From Eubacteriales bacterium (GTDB taxonomy: Bacteria; Bacillota; Clostridia; Oscillospirales; CAG-272), in contig JAZQWX010000075.1 in NCBI GenBank assembly GCA_045632565.1, forward strand, positions 1-36,646: 36,646 nt of DNA, written 5' to 3'. The position numbers and the translations under genes were made by a program. Numbering within the stretch: the stretch's first letter is position 1; each line of letters begins with the position of its first letter. A model generated the notes under the pieces. The model was given only the letters and a program-made list of their open reading frames with translations. It ran no database searches and was not told the origin of the DNA. Below, piece after piece: positions 1 through 8,473 of the stretch.

Positions 1-375
<375 letters not shown>

Positions 376-506
376 TGTAATTCATCTGAGCTTTCGCTCA
401 GTTAAATCCTTTTCAGAGTGCTATCTCTAGCTTTCTTTACTCTTTTGAGTTTCTCAATGTGTTCTTAACGAGATTCCTTCACACTTATCGTGTTACGAAA
501 ATTCTG

Positions 507-526
507 TTGTTCAATTTTCAAAGATC
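507..526 (-). promoter_or_regulatory. boxA-like antitermination element in the rRNA leader
   Basis: The minus strand reads GATCTTTGAAAATTGAACAA. This resembles the CTCTTTAACAA / TTCTTTGAAAACT boxA class, and it lies between the promoters and the 16S 5' end. Confidence 0.4.
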
Positions 527-570
527 AATTCGTGCCGCCCACAAGTTGTCCTCGTGGCAGCGACCCCATT

Positions 571-599
571 ATTCTACCACACCCTTTTCCGTTTGTCAA
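571..599 (-). promoter_or_regulatory. rRNA promoter, proximal (sigma-A type)
   Basis: Minus strand: TTGACA (594-599), 17-nt spacer, TAGAAT (571-576) with TGg extended -10. An A-tract UP-like region lies upstream (600-630). Confidence 0.75.
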
Positions 600-685
600 G
601 CCTTTTTTGAAACTTTTTTCAAATTTCTTTTGACTTTTTTCGCGGCTTCCTTTGTGGCGCCTCCCTTTTTGGCAGAGGCTTGATT

Positions 686-714
686 AGTATATCATCAAAG
701 TTCCCGTTTGTCAA
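686..714 (-). promoter_or_regulatory. rRNA promoter, distal (sigma-A type)
   Basis: Minus strand: TTGACA (709-714), 17-nt spacer, TATACT (686-691) preceded by TGa. An A-tract UP-like region lies upstream (715-745). Confidence 0.75.
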
Positions 715-809
715 GGGCTTTTTGAAGATTTTTTGAGTTTTTTTCATATTTTTTCTGGTTTTTACAAAGAATATCTCCAAAAGCAAAAAGCTCGCTTCCA
801 AGAGGTATC

Positions 810-1487
810 ATGATTACGATTTTGTTCCGGACGGTTATGGTCTACATTTTAATATCCCTTATTCTGCGAGGGATGGGAAAGCGGCAGGTGGGAGAGCTGG
901 AGCTCTCCGATCTGGTAGCCACGCTGCTTCTTTCCGAGGTAGCCTCCCTGCCGATCGCAGATCCGAACGTTCCGTTTTTGAACGCGCTTGTGCCGCTTTT
1001 GCTGATCCTTTCCTTTGAAATTATATTAACCTTCCTGAAGACAAAGTGCTTTCCGTTAAAACGTCTTCTTGAGGGGCAACCGAGCTTTCTTATTCGGCGC
1101 GGCAAGCTGGATCAAAAGGAGCTTGGGCGGATGCGGATCTCGATTGAGGAATTCATCGGAGAATGCCGATTGCAGGGCTACACGGATCTCTCCGACATTG
1201 ACTATGCCATTTTAGAGCAGGATGGCAAGCTATCCATTCTGCCGCGTGAATGCAAGCGACCGCTTTGTCCGGAAGACGTGGGGGTTGCAGTAGAGAGCAA
1301 GGGGCTTTCGCATCCCATCATCATAGACGGACGCGTTCAGGAGAGGCATCTTACCATGTTGGGGCTGGACCGCGCGTGGTTGGCAAAGGAATGCGCGCGA
1401 CGCGGGCGCAAGATCGCGGACGTTTTTTTGATGACCGTGAGTGACAGCGGGGATATTTTGTTTTTCGGAAAGGAAAAGAAAGCGTGA
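810..1487 (+). CDS. DUF421 (YetF-family) membrane protein
   Basis: ATG at 810 after AGAGG. N-terminal TM helices plus a soluble C-terminal domain, with sequence typical of YetF/YdfS-like DUF421 proteins. Confidence 0.85.
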   Translation: MITILFRTVMVYILISLILRGMGKRQVGELELSDLVATLLLSEVASLPIADPNVPFLNALVPLLLILSFEIILTFLKTKCFPLKRLLEGQPSFLIRRGKLDQKELGRMRISIEEFIGECRLQGYTDLSDIDYAILEQDGKLSILPRECKRPLCPEDVGVAVESKGLSHPIIIDGRVQERHLTMLGLDRAWLAKECARRGRKIADVFLMTVSDSGDILFFGKEKKA

Positions 1488-1846
1488 AGGCATTTGTGGC
1501 ATCCCTGATCTTGCTGGGGGTTCTGTTGACGGGGGTGAGTGTCACGTCCCTGCTACTTTCGCGTGATGCCGCGAGGATGACAGAGGCGGCCAAAGCCCTT
1601 TCGGTGGAAGAAGGTAGAGCGGAGCGGATCACGCTCTTTTGCGACGCGTGGGAGCGGCGGCAAGCATGGTACATGCTGATCCTGAATGCAAACGAAATTG
1701 AAAGAATGGACGAGGCGGTGGTCAGCATGCGCGCCGCCGCCGAAAGCAAAAGCGACAGCGATTATAAAATCGCTGTCGCAAGATTGCAGGAAACGTGCTC
1801 TCACTTCCATGATCTGGTCGGGTTTCGGTTAGAGCAGATCTTTTAA
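1484..1846 (+). CDS. DUF4363 family protein (signal-anchored)
   Basis: The GTG start overlaps the upstream TGA (GTGA), suggesting translational coupling. It has an N-terminal hydrophobic anchor. DUF4363 is a usual partner of DUF421 in Clostridia. Confidence 0.75.
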   Translation: MKAFVASLILLGVLLTGVSVTSLLLSRDAARMTEAAKALSVEEGRAERITLFCDAWERRQAWYMLILNANEIERMDEAVVSMRAAAESKSDSDYKIAVARLQETCSHFHDLVGFRLEQIF

Positions 1847-2562
1847 GAAAAATCACGGCCATCCTTATCATAGAGGTGGGCGCGGGTAACAGAGTACCAT
1901 TCGCTCGTACCGTCCCCCAAAAGAATACTGTTTTTTTCCTTTATATAAGAGATGATGTAATCGGGATTGAGAAAGCTGCCGCCCTCAGCTTGAAGATGCA
2001 GAGAAAGCAGGATCTCCCCCGTTTCCTCGCGGTAGGCGGCCGAGGCCTCTATGATCGCGCCGCTGACGTCCACGTCACGATCCCCCGACTTGGTTCGTTT
2101 GAACACAAAGAGGGGGCGTGCCTGCAAGGAGGCATGGATCTCTTGTGCCAAGGCAGAGGTGGCATTTTGCAGATGCAGCGTGACGAGATAGAGGGCTGAA
2201 GCGATCTCTTTCAGTTTGGTTTCGGGATAATACGCCTCATTCACGCGAAGCTCCTGCGGCAGGCCGCTATTGAGCGCATCACGCACGGCGGCAGGATCGA
2301 CCTCCGAGAGAACCCAGATATCCACAAACTCCCGTTGGCTTTCTGCGCCGACAGGCAGGGGGGCGGAAAAGACCAGATGCGGAATGGGATGAAAGCCCTC
2401 GGTATATTTGATGGGCAGGCGGGCGCGCACCATCACGCGTGTCATGGTACGCACGAGATCAAGATGAGAAATGTAAGAAAGTGCACCTGTTTTAGAGAAG
2501 CACACACGCAGGAGCTTGGGGGCATCCAAGGGCTTGGCGTTGGCAAAGCTTACTTGCACCAT
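1843..2562 (-). CDS. TIGR03936-type radical SAM-associated protein (DUF2344)
   Basis: The N-terminal region ...RVCFSKTGALSYISHLDLVRTMTRVMVRARLPIKYTEGFHP... is characteristic. ATG at 2562 follows a GGGAGGTG RBS embedded in the end of the upstream gene (13-nt overlap). Confidence 0.85.
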   Translation of the reverse strand: MVQVSFANAKPLDAPKLLRVCFSKTGALSYISHLDLVRTMTRVMVRARLPIKYTEGFHPIPHLVFSAPLPVGAESQREFVDIWVLSEVDPAAVRDALNSGLPQELRVNEAYYPETKLKEIASALYLVTLHLQNATSALAQEIHASLQARPLFVFKRTKSGDRDVDVSGAIIEASAAYREETGEILLSLHLQAEGGSFLNPDYIISYIKEKNSILLGDGTSEWYSVTRAHLYDKDGRDFS

Positions 2563-4403
2563 CTGGTATCACCTCCCAAACAATTGGCGCCGCAACCGTT
2601 GCAATGCTCGGCACAGCTGGGGGTCGTTTCATGCTGATAGGCACGCTCGCGCTCGCGCCACAGGTAAGCGCGCGACACGCCGCAGTCAATGATATCCCAC
2701 GGCAGAATTTCATCTTTGCCAAAGGTGCGGTTGGCATAGAATGCAACGTCAATACCCGTGCGGGCAAAGACGTCCATCCATTTATCGTAGTTGAAGTATT
2801 CATCCCAGGAGTCGAACATCACGCCCTCGCGCGCGGCAAGCTCGATGGCATCCGCGAGGCGGCGGTCACCGCGGGCAAAGACTGCCTCGATCTGCGACAC
2901 ACGCGCATCGTGATAGTTGTAGCGCACGCGTCGGTTGGTAATCTTTTCCTTAAGATACTGCTGCTTTTGGAGCAGCTTTTCCATGGTGTCCTGCCCTTCC
3001 CATTGAAAGGGTGTAAAGGGCTTGGGGATAAAGCAGGCCACGCTGATGGTGACGGTGATGCCCTTGGCGCGGTTGCGCTTCGGGTTGCTGAAATAGGCTT
3101 TTACCACCTTGTCAGCGAGATCGGCGATACCGTCAAGGTCAGAAAGCTCCTCGGTCGGAAGACCCAGCATAAAATAGAGCTTAACGGAGGATTTCCCTGC
3201 CGCAAAGGCAATGTTGACCGCGCGGAGCAGGTCTTCCTCGCAAACGTTTTTGTTGATGGCATCGCGCAAGCGTTGCGTGCCGGCTTCAGGGGCAAAGGTA
3301 AGGCCGCCCGTACGAACGGTGGAGATCTTTTCCATCAGCCCCTCGGTGAAGCTATCCACGCGCAAGGATGGGAGCGAAATGCTGACGCGCTCATCCTCCG
3401 TCCAGGTGAGCAGACCGTCGGTGAGCTCGTCGAGGCGAGAATAATCGCTGATACTGAGCGAGGTAAGAGAGATCTCATCATAGCCCGAGCTTTCCCACAG
3501 GCAACGCGCCTGCTTACAAAGCACGTCGGGCGATTTTTCACGAATGGGGCGGTAGACCATGCCCGCCTGACAGAAGCGGCAGCCGCGGGTACAGCCGCGA
3601 TACACTTCGAGGACGACGCGATCGTGCACCGTTTCGATATACGGAAGCACGATTTTATCGGGGAATGGGGCTTTATCCATATCCGCAATAATGCGTTTTT
3701 TGATGCGTGCGGGAACTTCGGGCGTTTTGGGGGTATAGGCCTTGATCGTTCCGTCCTCGCAGTAGGTTACGTCATACAGAGAGGGGACGTAAAAGCCCTC
3801 GAGCTTGGTCGCAACGGCGTACAGGAAATCCTTACGCGTATAGGTGCCGTTCTCTTTCATTTCCATGTACAGGCGGCAAAATTCGGGCAGAGCCTCTTCC
3901 CCTTCGCCGATGCTGAAGACGTCAAAGAAGGGGGCAATGGGTTCTGCGTTATAGCTGCAAGGGCCGCCACCGATGACGATGGGATCCTCCTCCGAGCGAT
4001 CCGCAGCACGCAGGGGGATACCCGAAAGATCCAGCGAGGCAAGAACGTTGGTATAGCACAGCTCGTATTGCAAGGTGAAGCCGAGAATGTCAAAATCCCG
4101 CACGGGATCGCCGCTTTCATGTGCGGAAAGCGGGATGCCCGCCTCGCGCATACGCGCCTGCATATCCGGCCAAGGGGTGTAGACGCGCTCACACCATACC
4201 TCGGGCATTTCGTTGAGAACGTGGTAGAGAATGCGGATGCCGAGGTTAGACATACCGATCTCATACACGTCGGGAAACGCAAAGGCAAAGCGGCAACGCA
4301 CGTCTGCTTTATCCTTTACGACTTGGTTAAATTCACCGCCCGTGTAGCGTCCCGGCTTGGAAACCGAGCGCAGCACGGCGGACATTTCGTTATCGATTCT
4401 CAT
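2550..4403 (-). CDS. TIGR03960-type B12-binding-domain radical SAM protein
   Basis: The N-terminus ...KPGRYTGGEFN...FAFAFPDVYEIGMSNLGIRILY... and the CxxxCxxC cluster (YRGCTRGCRFCQAG) match. The RBS AAGGA overlaps the stop of the upstream gene. Confidence 0.9.
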   Translation of the reverse strand: MRIDNEMSAVLRSVSKPGRYTGGEFNQVVKDKADVRCRFAFAFPDVYEIGMSNLGIRILYHVLNEMPEVWCERVYTPWPDMQARMREAGIPLSAHESGDPVRDFDILGFTLQYELCYTNVLASLDLSGIPLRAADRSEEDPIVIGGGPCSYNAEPIAPFFDVFSIGEGEEALPEFCRLYMEMKENGTYTRKDFLYAVATKLEGFYVPSLYDVTYCEDGTIKAYTPKTPEVPARIKKRIIADMDKAPFPDKIVLPYIETVHDRVVLEVYRGCTRGCRFCQAGMVYRPIREKSPDVLCKQARCLWESSGYDEISLTSLSISDYSRLDELTDGLLTWTEDERVSISLPSLRVDSFTEGLMEKISTVRTGGLTFAPEAGTQRLRDAINKNVCEEDLLRAVNIAFAAGKSSVKLYFMLGLPTEELSDLDGIADLADKVVKAYFSNPKRNRAKGITVTISVACFIPKPFTPFQWEGQDTMEKLLQKQQYLKEKITNRRVRYNYHDARVSQIEAVFARGDRRLADAIELAAREGVMFDSWDEYFNYDKWMDVFARTGIDVAFYANRTFGKDEILPWDIIDCGVSRAYLWRERERAYQHETTPSCAEHCNGCGANCLGGDTRWCK

Positions 4404-4412
4404 ATTCGGTCC

Positions 4413-7400
4413 TTAAATGTAAAGTTTGCCGCCCAGTGCAATAAGTCCCACCCACAGAAGCTGATAGAAGGCAAGGAGGAAGGATGGGATGGAGAAAATA
4501 ACGCCGAAGGCGCAGAGAAGCAAGGAAAGCAGCATGCCAAAGCATGCAACCAGCAGGTTGCAATTTTCCGAAACGCGGATGACCTGGCACATGCGGCGGC
4601 AGGCGAACAGGGTACGCAGGATATCACGGCAAGAGGATTTGCAGACGATACCGCTGTTGAGGCGATCCACGGCAAAATCGTTCTGCTGATCGGCGGTTTT
4701 GCGGACGACGCGCACATCAAAGCGTTCGGTATAGCTGATGCCGGCCACAAGTCCCTCGGTAATATTGGGGTCATAGGTGCGAATGACGGTGCGGATGCCG
4801 CGCTTATGCAGCTCCTCCACATCACGCTCAAAATCCTCGTCCATTTTATAGCGGACATAGAACTTGGCGATCAAGTGACCGTCCTCTGCGGCGTACATAA
4901 TATTGATCTTACCGCCGAGCAGATTCTTTTCATCATCCGGATCGTAATACATGTGGATATTGCGGGCGAGCATATATTCACCGCGGCCGACGCACACCTC
5001 ATGTCCGTCAACGGAAGCGACAATGCCGCCCTCCTCGGCGCGAAGCAAGCGCACCTCGGCAGACAGACCAACCTCGGCGGTAGAGGAGCGGAACACGCCG
5101 TCAAGCGGGCCGCCAACGGCCGAGAAAAGTCCTGCCACGCGGTAAAGCACGCGATCAAGCGCGGCATCCCCGTACAGCTTGATACGCTGAACGCGCACGT
5201 TTCTTGCGGGGAAGGCCTCTACGTCCTCAAAAGCCACGGCACCCGCATCGCAATATTCAAGAGCCGACACCTCGCCTACCACTGCACAGCGAGTGGCGGC
5301 GGCGCGGGAGAACAGTTGGACGGCAGGAAGCTTATGGAGCAAGAGAGAGCAGATGGGGAAGGAGAAGGAGAGCGTGACGCAGAAGGCATAAACGGCAGCC
5401 AATCCGTTCTGCGGCAAAATATGGGTGGCGATCAGAATACCGGTAACGATCGCAACCGCCAGCGAAGAGATCAGCGCCACAATGAGCAGCCAGAGGTTTT
5501 TCCGTCCGTCCTCACACACACGGCTGACACGGTGGAAGAAGCCTGCGGCAAAGCCGACCTTCTTGACCGAGAGGATACGGGTATCCGTTCCCTCCTCCAT
5601 ATCGGAAACGGCGATCGCCTCGGATTTGGTTTGTGCGCCGCAGGAGATCGAGCAGGCAAGCTTATCCCCCGAGGAGGAGAGCATGCGGAAGGAAGCAAAA
5701 TCCCCTTTCGTTTTGACAAGCTCCACGATCGAAAGGATCAGTGCGCCAACGGCAGGCACCAGACCGAACAGGTACGGACGGGTCGCGGAGGCAAGCAGCA
5801 AGATGATATCGTAAAGCAGAGAGCAAATGAGGCCTATTGCGAGATATGCCTCCGGCAAAACGCGGTTGTTAAAGAGATGACGCCACGCATATGAGAGCAT
5901 GGGGATGCAGCACAGAATGACCAGAACGACCAAAACAAGATGCACGGTGACCGTTCCGCCGGGTGCGGCAAAGAAGCCGCCAAGCGTAACACCCAGATAA
6001 GGAAGGTCCTCCAAGAGGAACAGGAGCGTACAAAGGAAAGCAAGGGCGATCACGCGAACCGTGCAGGAGGATACCATGGCTGTAAAACGCTTGGAGAAGA
6101 GGCCGATCTGATTGCGCGAGGTGTACTCGTGATATTCAGCACCTGCCTCGTTATAAATGCCGGAAAGTGCGTCCGGGGTGTCGTCCTCTTCCCTGTCGCG
6201 CTTGTTGGAAAACACACTGTTTTTTTGTTCATCCTTGTGCGCGTCCGTTTTACCGAGCTTGGAAGTGATGGCGGCGAAAATGGATCTCTTTTCTTTTTTA
6301 TCCGTTTTCTTTTCAGGAGCGGGTGCGTTTTGGAAGGCGCGGATCTCGTCCTGTGCCAAGGATTCCTCCGTGTCTGCTACCTCGTTCTGTACAATTTGGG
6401 GAACATGCAGATCATCGGCGTCATCGACGTGGACGGTGTCGATCTCATCCTCCTCGGGGTAAACGAAAAAGGACGGCTCGCCCGTCTGTTCGGGCTCTTC
6501 GGGCTCACGGGGAGAGGTCGTCGTTTCTTCCGCCGTTTGCAGAGAAGACGTTTCTGCGGAGGTATCCGTTTCCTCTTCCTTCGGGGCATACCATGCCTTA
6601 TCGGGAGAAAGAACCTCTACCTCAACGGAATAGCCGTTATCTTCATTGGCCTCGATCTCCTCGGGCTGCGTCTCTGCCGCGGCAAAAGTTTCCTCACTCT
6701 CATCCTCGGTTACAAGGGGAGAGGCAAAGGCGCGGGGGCGGAAGAGCCAATCGGCATCCTCACGCGCAGGGGTGACCTCCTCCGACGCGGGAGCATCTTC
6801 CTCTTCGGCAAAGAGGGGCTCTTCACGAACGAATGCGAAGGAGTCGGGAGTGATGGGGGCAACGACCTTTCTTTCCTCTTCCTTGAGAGAGACGGCCAGA
6901 TCCATCCAAGAATTATCGCGGGAGTCCTGCACGTCTTCATCAAGGACGGAAGCGTCCTCCAGTGTGAGCAGGTCATACTCGCGCTCGTCCTCGATCTCTA
7001 TTTCCATCTGCACCTCTGTCGCTTCGGCGATTGGCTCTGCGACGTCGAGCGTGAAGGGAGGCTCGTCCGACACTGAGGGTTGTTCTTCCCCTTCCTCTTC
7101 ATCCTCTTCGGCGGGCGCAAAAAAGGCTGCAATCGTTTGATCGTCTATTTCGTCGGCAGACTCGTCCGCTTCCACTTCTTCTTCCGGCTCGTCCGTTTCC
7201 TCGTCGGAAAAAGGAATTTCGGGCTCTTCGATGACCGTTTCCTCTGCAACGGGTTCGGCCGCCGGCTCTTCAGCGGGATCTGTCAGAACAGGTTCGCTAT
7301 CCTCTTTCGGCTCTGCCGCCTTTTTTGTGCTGCTTCTGGTGGACGGTTTTTTAGGCTTGACGGGCTTTTCGGAAGACGAAAATTCCAGCTTTTCGACAGG

Positions 7401-7484
7401 TGTATCAACGACCCTGCGAAGTCTTTCCAGCATATCCTGAATGGGATCTATTTCGGCTTTCTTTTTCTTATCGTGCTCAGACAT
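4413..7484 (-). CDS. Large membrane protein: polyacidic disordered N-terminal half plus degenerate P-type (P1B-like) ATPase core
   Basis: 1023-aa ORF with ATG at 7484. Residues ~60-390 are extremely D/E-rich. Residues ~470-1023 carry about 8 TM segments and a soluble insert. The insert aligns with P-type ATPase P/N domains, but FEDVEAF stands in place of FDKTGTL and no GDGxND motif is visible. Confidence 0.8.
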   Translation of the reverse strand: MSEHDKKKKAEIDPIQDMLERLRRVVDTPVEKLEFSSSEKPVKPKKPSTRSSTKKAAEPKEDSEPVLTDPAEEPAAEPVAEETVIEEPEIPFSDEETDEPEEEVEADESADEIDDQTIAAFFAPAEEDEEEGEEQPSVSDEPPFTLDVAEPIAEATEVQMEIEIEDEREYDLLTLEDASVLDEDVQDSRDNSWMDLAVSLKEEERKVVAPITPDSFAFVREEPLFAEEEDAPASEEVTPAREDADWLFRPRAFASPLVTEDESEETFAAAETQPEEIEANEDNGYSVEVEVLSPDKAWYAPKEEETDTSAETSSLQTAEETTTSPREPEEPEQTGEPSFFVYPEEDEIDTVHVDDADDLHVPQIVQNEVADTEESLAQDEIRAFQNAPAPEKKTDKKEKRSIFAAITSKLGKTDAHKDEQKNSVFSNKRDREEDDTPDALSGIYNEAGAEYHEYTSRNQIGLFSKRFTAMVSSCTVRVIALAFLCTLLFLLEDLPYLGVTLGGFFAAPGGTVTVHLVLVVLVILCCIPMLSYAWRHLFNNRVLPEAYLAIGLICSLLYDIILLLASATRPYLFGLVPAVGALILSIVELVKTKGDFASFRMLSSSGDKLACSISCGAQTKSEAIAVSDMEEGTDTRILSVKKVGFAAGFFHRVSRVCEDGRKNLWLLIVALISSLAVAIVTGILIATHILPQNGLAAVYAFCVTLSFSFPICSLLLHKLPAVQLFSRAAATRCAVVGEVSALEYCDAGAVAFEDVEAFPARNVRVQRIKLYGDAALDRVLYRVAGLFSAVGGPLDGVFRSSTAEVGLSAEVRLLRAEEGGIVASVDGHEVCVGRGEYMLARNIHMYYDPDDEKNLLGGKINIMYAAEDGHLIAKFYVRYKMDEDFERDVEELHKRGIRTVIRTYDPNITEGLVAGISYTERFDVRVVRKTADQQNDFAVDRLNSGIVCKSSCRDILRTLFACRRMCQVIRVSENCNLLVACFGMLLSLLLCAFGVIFSIPSFLLAFYQLLWVGLIALGGKLYI

Positions 7485-7522
7485 GAAAAACGCCCTTCTT
7501 TCCTGTTATTTGCATAAAAAGA

Positions 7523-8338
7523 TCAGTTGCCGTGTCTTTGCCGTGCGGCATCCGACAGGATCACTGCCGCCGCAGTAGACACGTTGAGTGAATTTACCTG
7601 TCCGTACAGGGGGATGGACACCACGAAGTCACATTTTTCCTTGACGAGGCGAGAAATGCCAAAGCCCTCGCTGCCCAGGACAATGGCAGCCGCGCCGCGC
7701 AGGTCGGTTTGATAGTAAGGAGAGCCGTCCATATCGGCGGCGTAGATCCACAGGCCTTTTTCCTTCAGAAGGTCGATCGTAGTAGCAATGTTGGTGACCT
7801 TTGCCACGCGCATATGCTCGATCGCGCCTGCCGAGGATTTTGCCACAGCGGCAGTAAGACCCACCGCGCGGCGTTTGGGAATGATGATGCCGTGCACGCC
7901 CGTGCATTCGGCGCAACGGATCAGTGCACCGAGGTTGTGCGGATCTTCGATCTCATCCGCTACCACAATGAGCGGCTTTTCACCGCATTCCTCGGCATAA
8001 GCCAAGATATCCTCCACCGTGGAATAGGCACGCTCTGCCGCCTGAGCAATGATACCTTGGTGATGGTTATGGCCACACAGGGTATCCAGCCGCTTGCGAT
8101 CAACCTCGACCACGGGAATTTTACGGGCAATAGCCTCTGCGACCAGAGCCACGATCGACCCCTCACGGTCACCGCGCGACACAAAGATCTTGTCGATATC
8201 ACGGCCGCTTGCCAGCAGCTCGCGCACGGCGTTACGGCCGCTCACCATTCCCTCGGCAGGGGCATCGCGGTGCTCTGCGGCAGGCGCGTGCTCACGGCGT
8301 TCGTTATTCTTAAAGTGGGTAGGTTTTCTTTCTTTCAC
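7523..8338 (-). CDS. rlmB: 23S rRNA (guanosine-2'-O)-methyltransferase RlmB (SpoU/TrmH family)
   Basis: GTG start after GGGAGAA. SpoU motifs are present: ...DEIEDPHNLGALIRCAECTG..., ...IVLGSEGFGISRL..., ...IPLYGQVNSLNVSTAAAVIL... Confidence 0.9.
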   Translation of the reverse strand: MKERKPTHFKNNERREHAPAAEHRDAPAEGMVSGRNAVRELLASGRDIDKIFVSRGDREGSIVALVAEAIARKIPVVEVDRKRLDTLCGHNHHQGIIAQAAERAYSTVEDILAYAEECGEKPLIVVADEIEDPHNLGALIRCAECTGVHGIIIPKRRAVGLTAAVAKSSAGAIEHMRVAKVTNIATTIDLLKEKGLWIYAADMDGSPYYQTDLRGAAAIVLGSEGFGISRLVKEKCDFVVSIPLYGQVNSLNVSTAAAVILSDAARQRHGN

Positions 8339-8414
8339 AGTCGTTCTCCCAAATTATTCTATACATAATTTATTATAGCACAATTTTATTCGGTTGTACA
8401 GGGGGAAAAGGAGG

Positions 8415-8455
8415 AAAAAAAGAAAAAAGATGCACTTTCATGCATCTTTTTTCTG
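8415..8455 (-). terminator. Intrinsic terminator after the zinc-ribbon gene
   Basis: Hairpin AAGATGCA-ctttca-TGCATCTT (8427-8448), flanked by an A-run and a T-run, so a U-tract follows on the minus-strand transcript. Confidence 0.7.
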
Positions 8456-8473
8456 TAGGCTTACCGATTGAAA

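Noticed and set aside
2604-5894. A 1096-aa ORF on the plus strand spanning the antisense of both the radical-SAM gene and the large membrane-protein gene, including their 9-nt spacer.
   Set aside because: It is in the exact codon-complementary register of the two minus-strand genes, which share a frame. In that register antisense stops arise only from sense TTA, CTA or TCA codons, which this organism evidently avoids. The translated product is low-complexity, has no SD or promoter and shows no recognisable motifs. It is a shadow ORF, not a gene.
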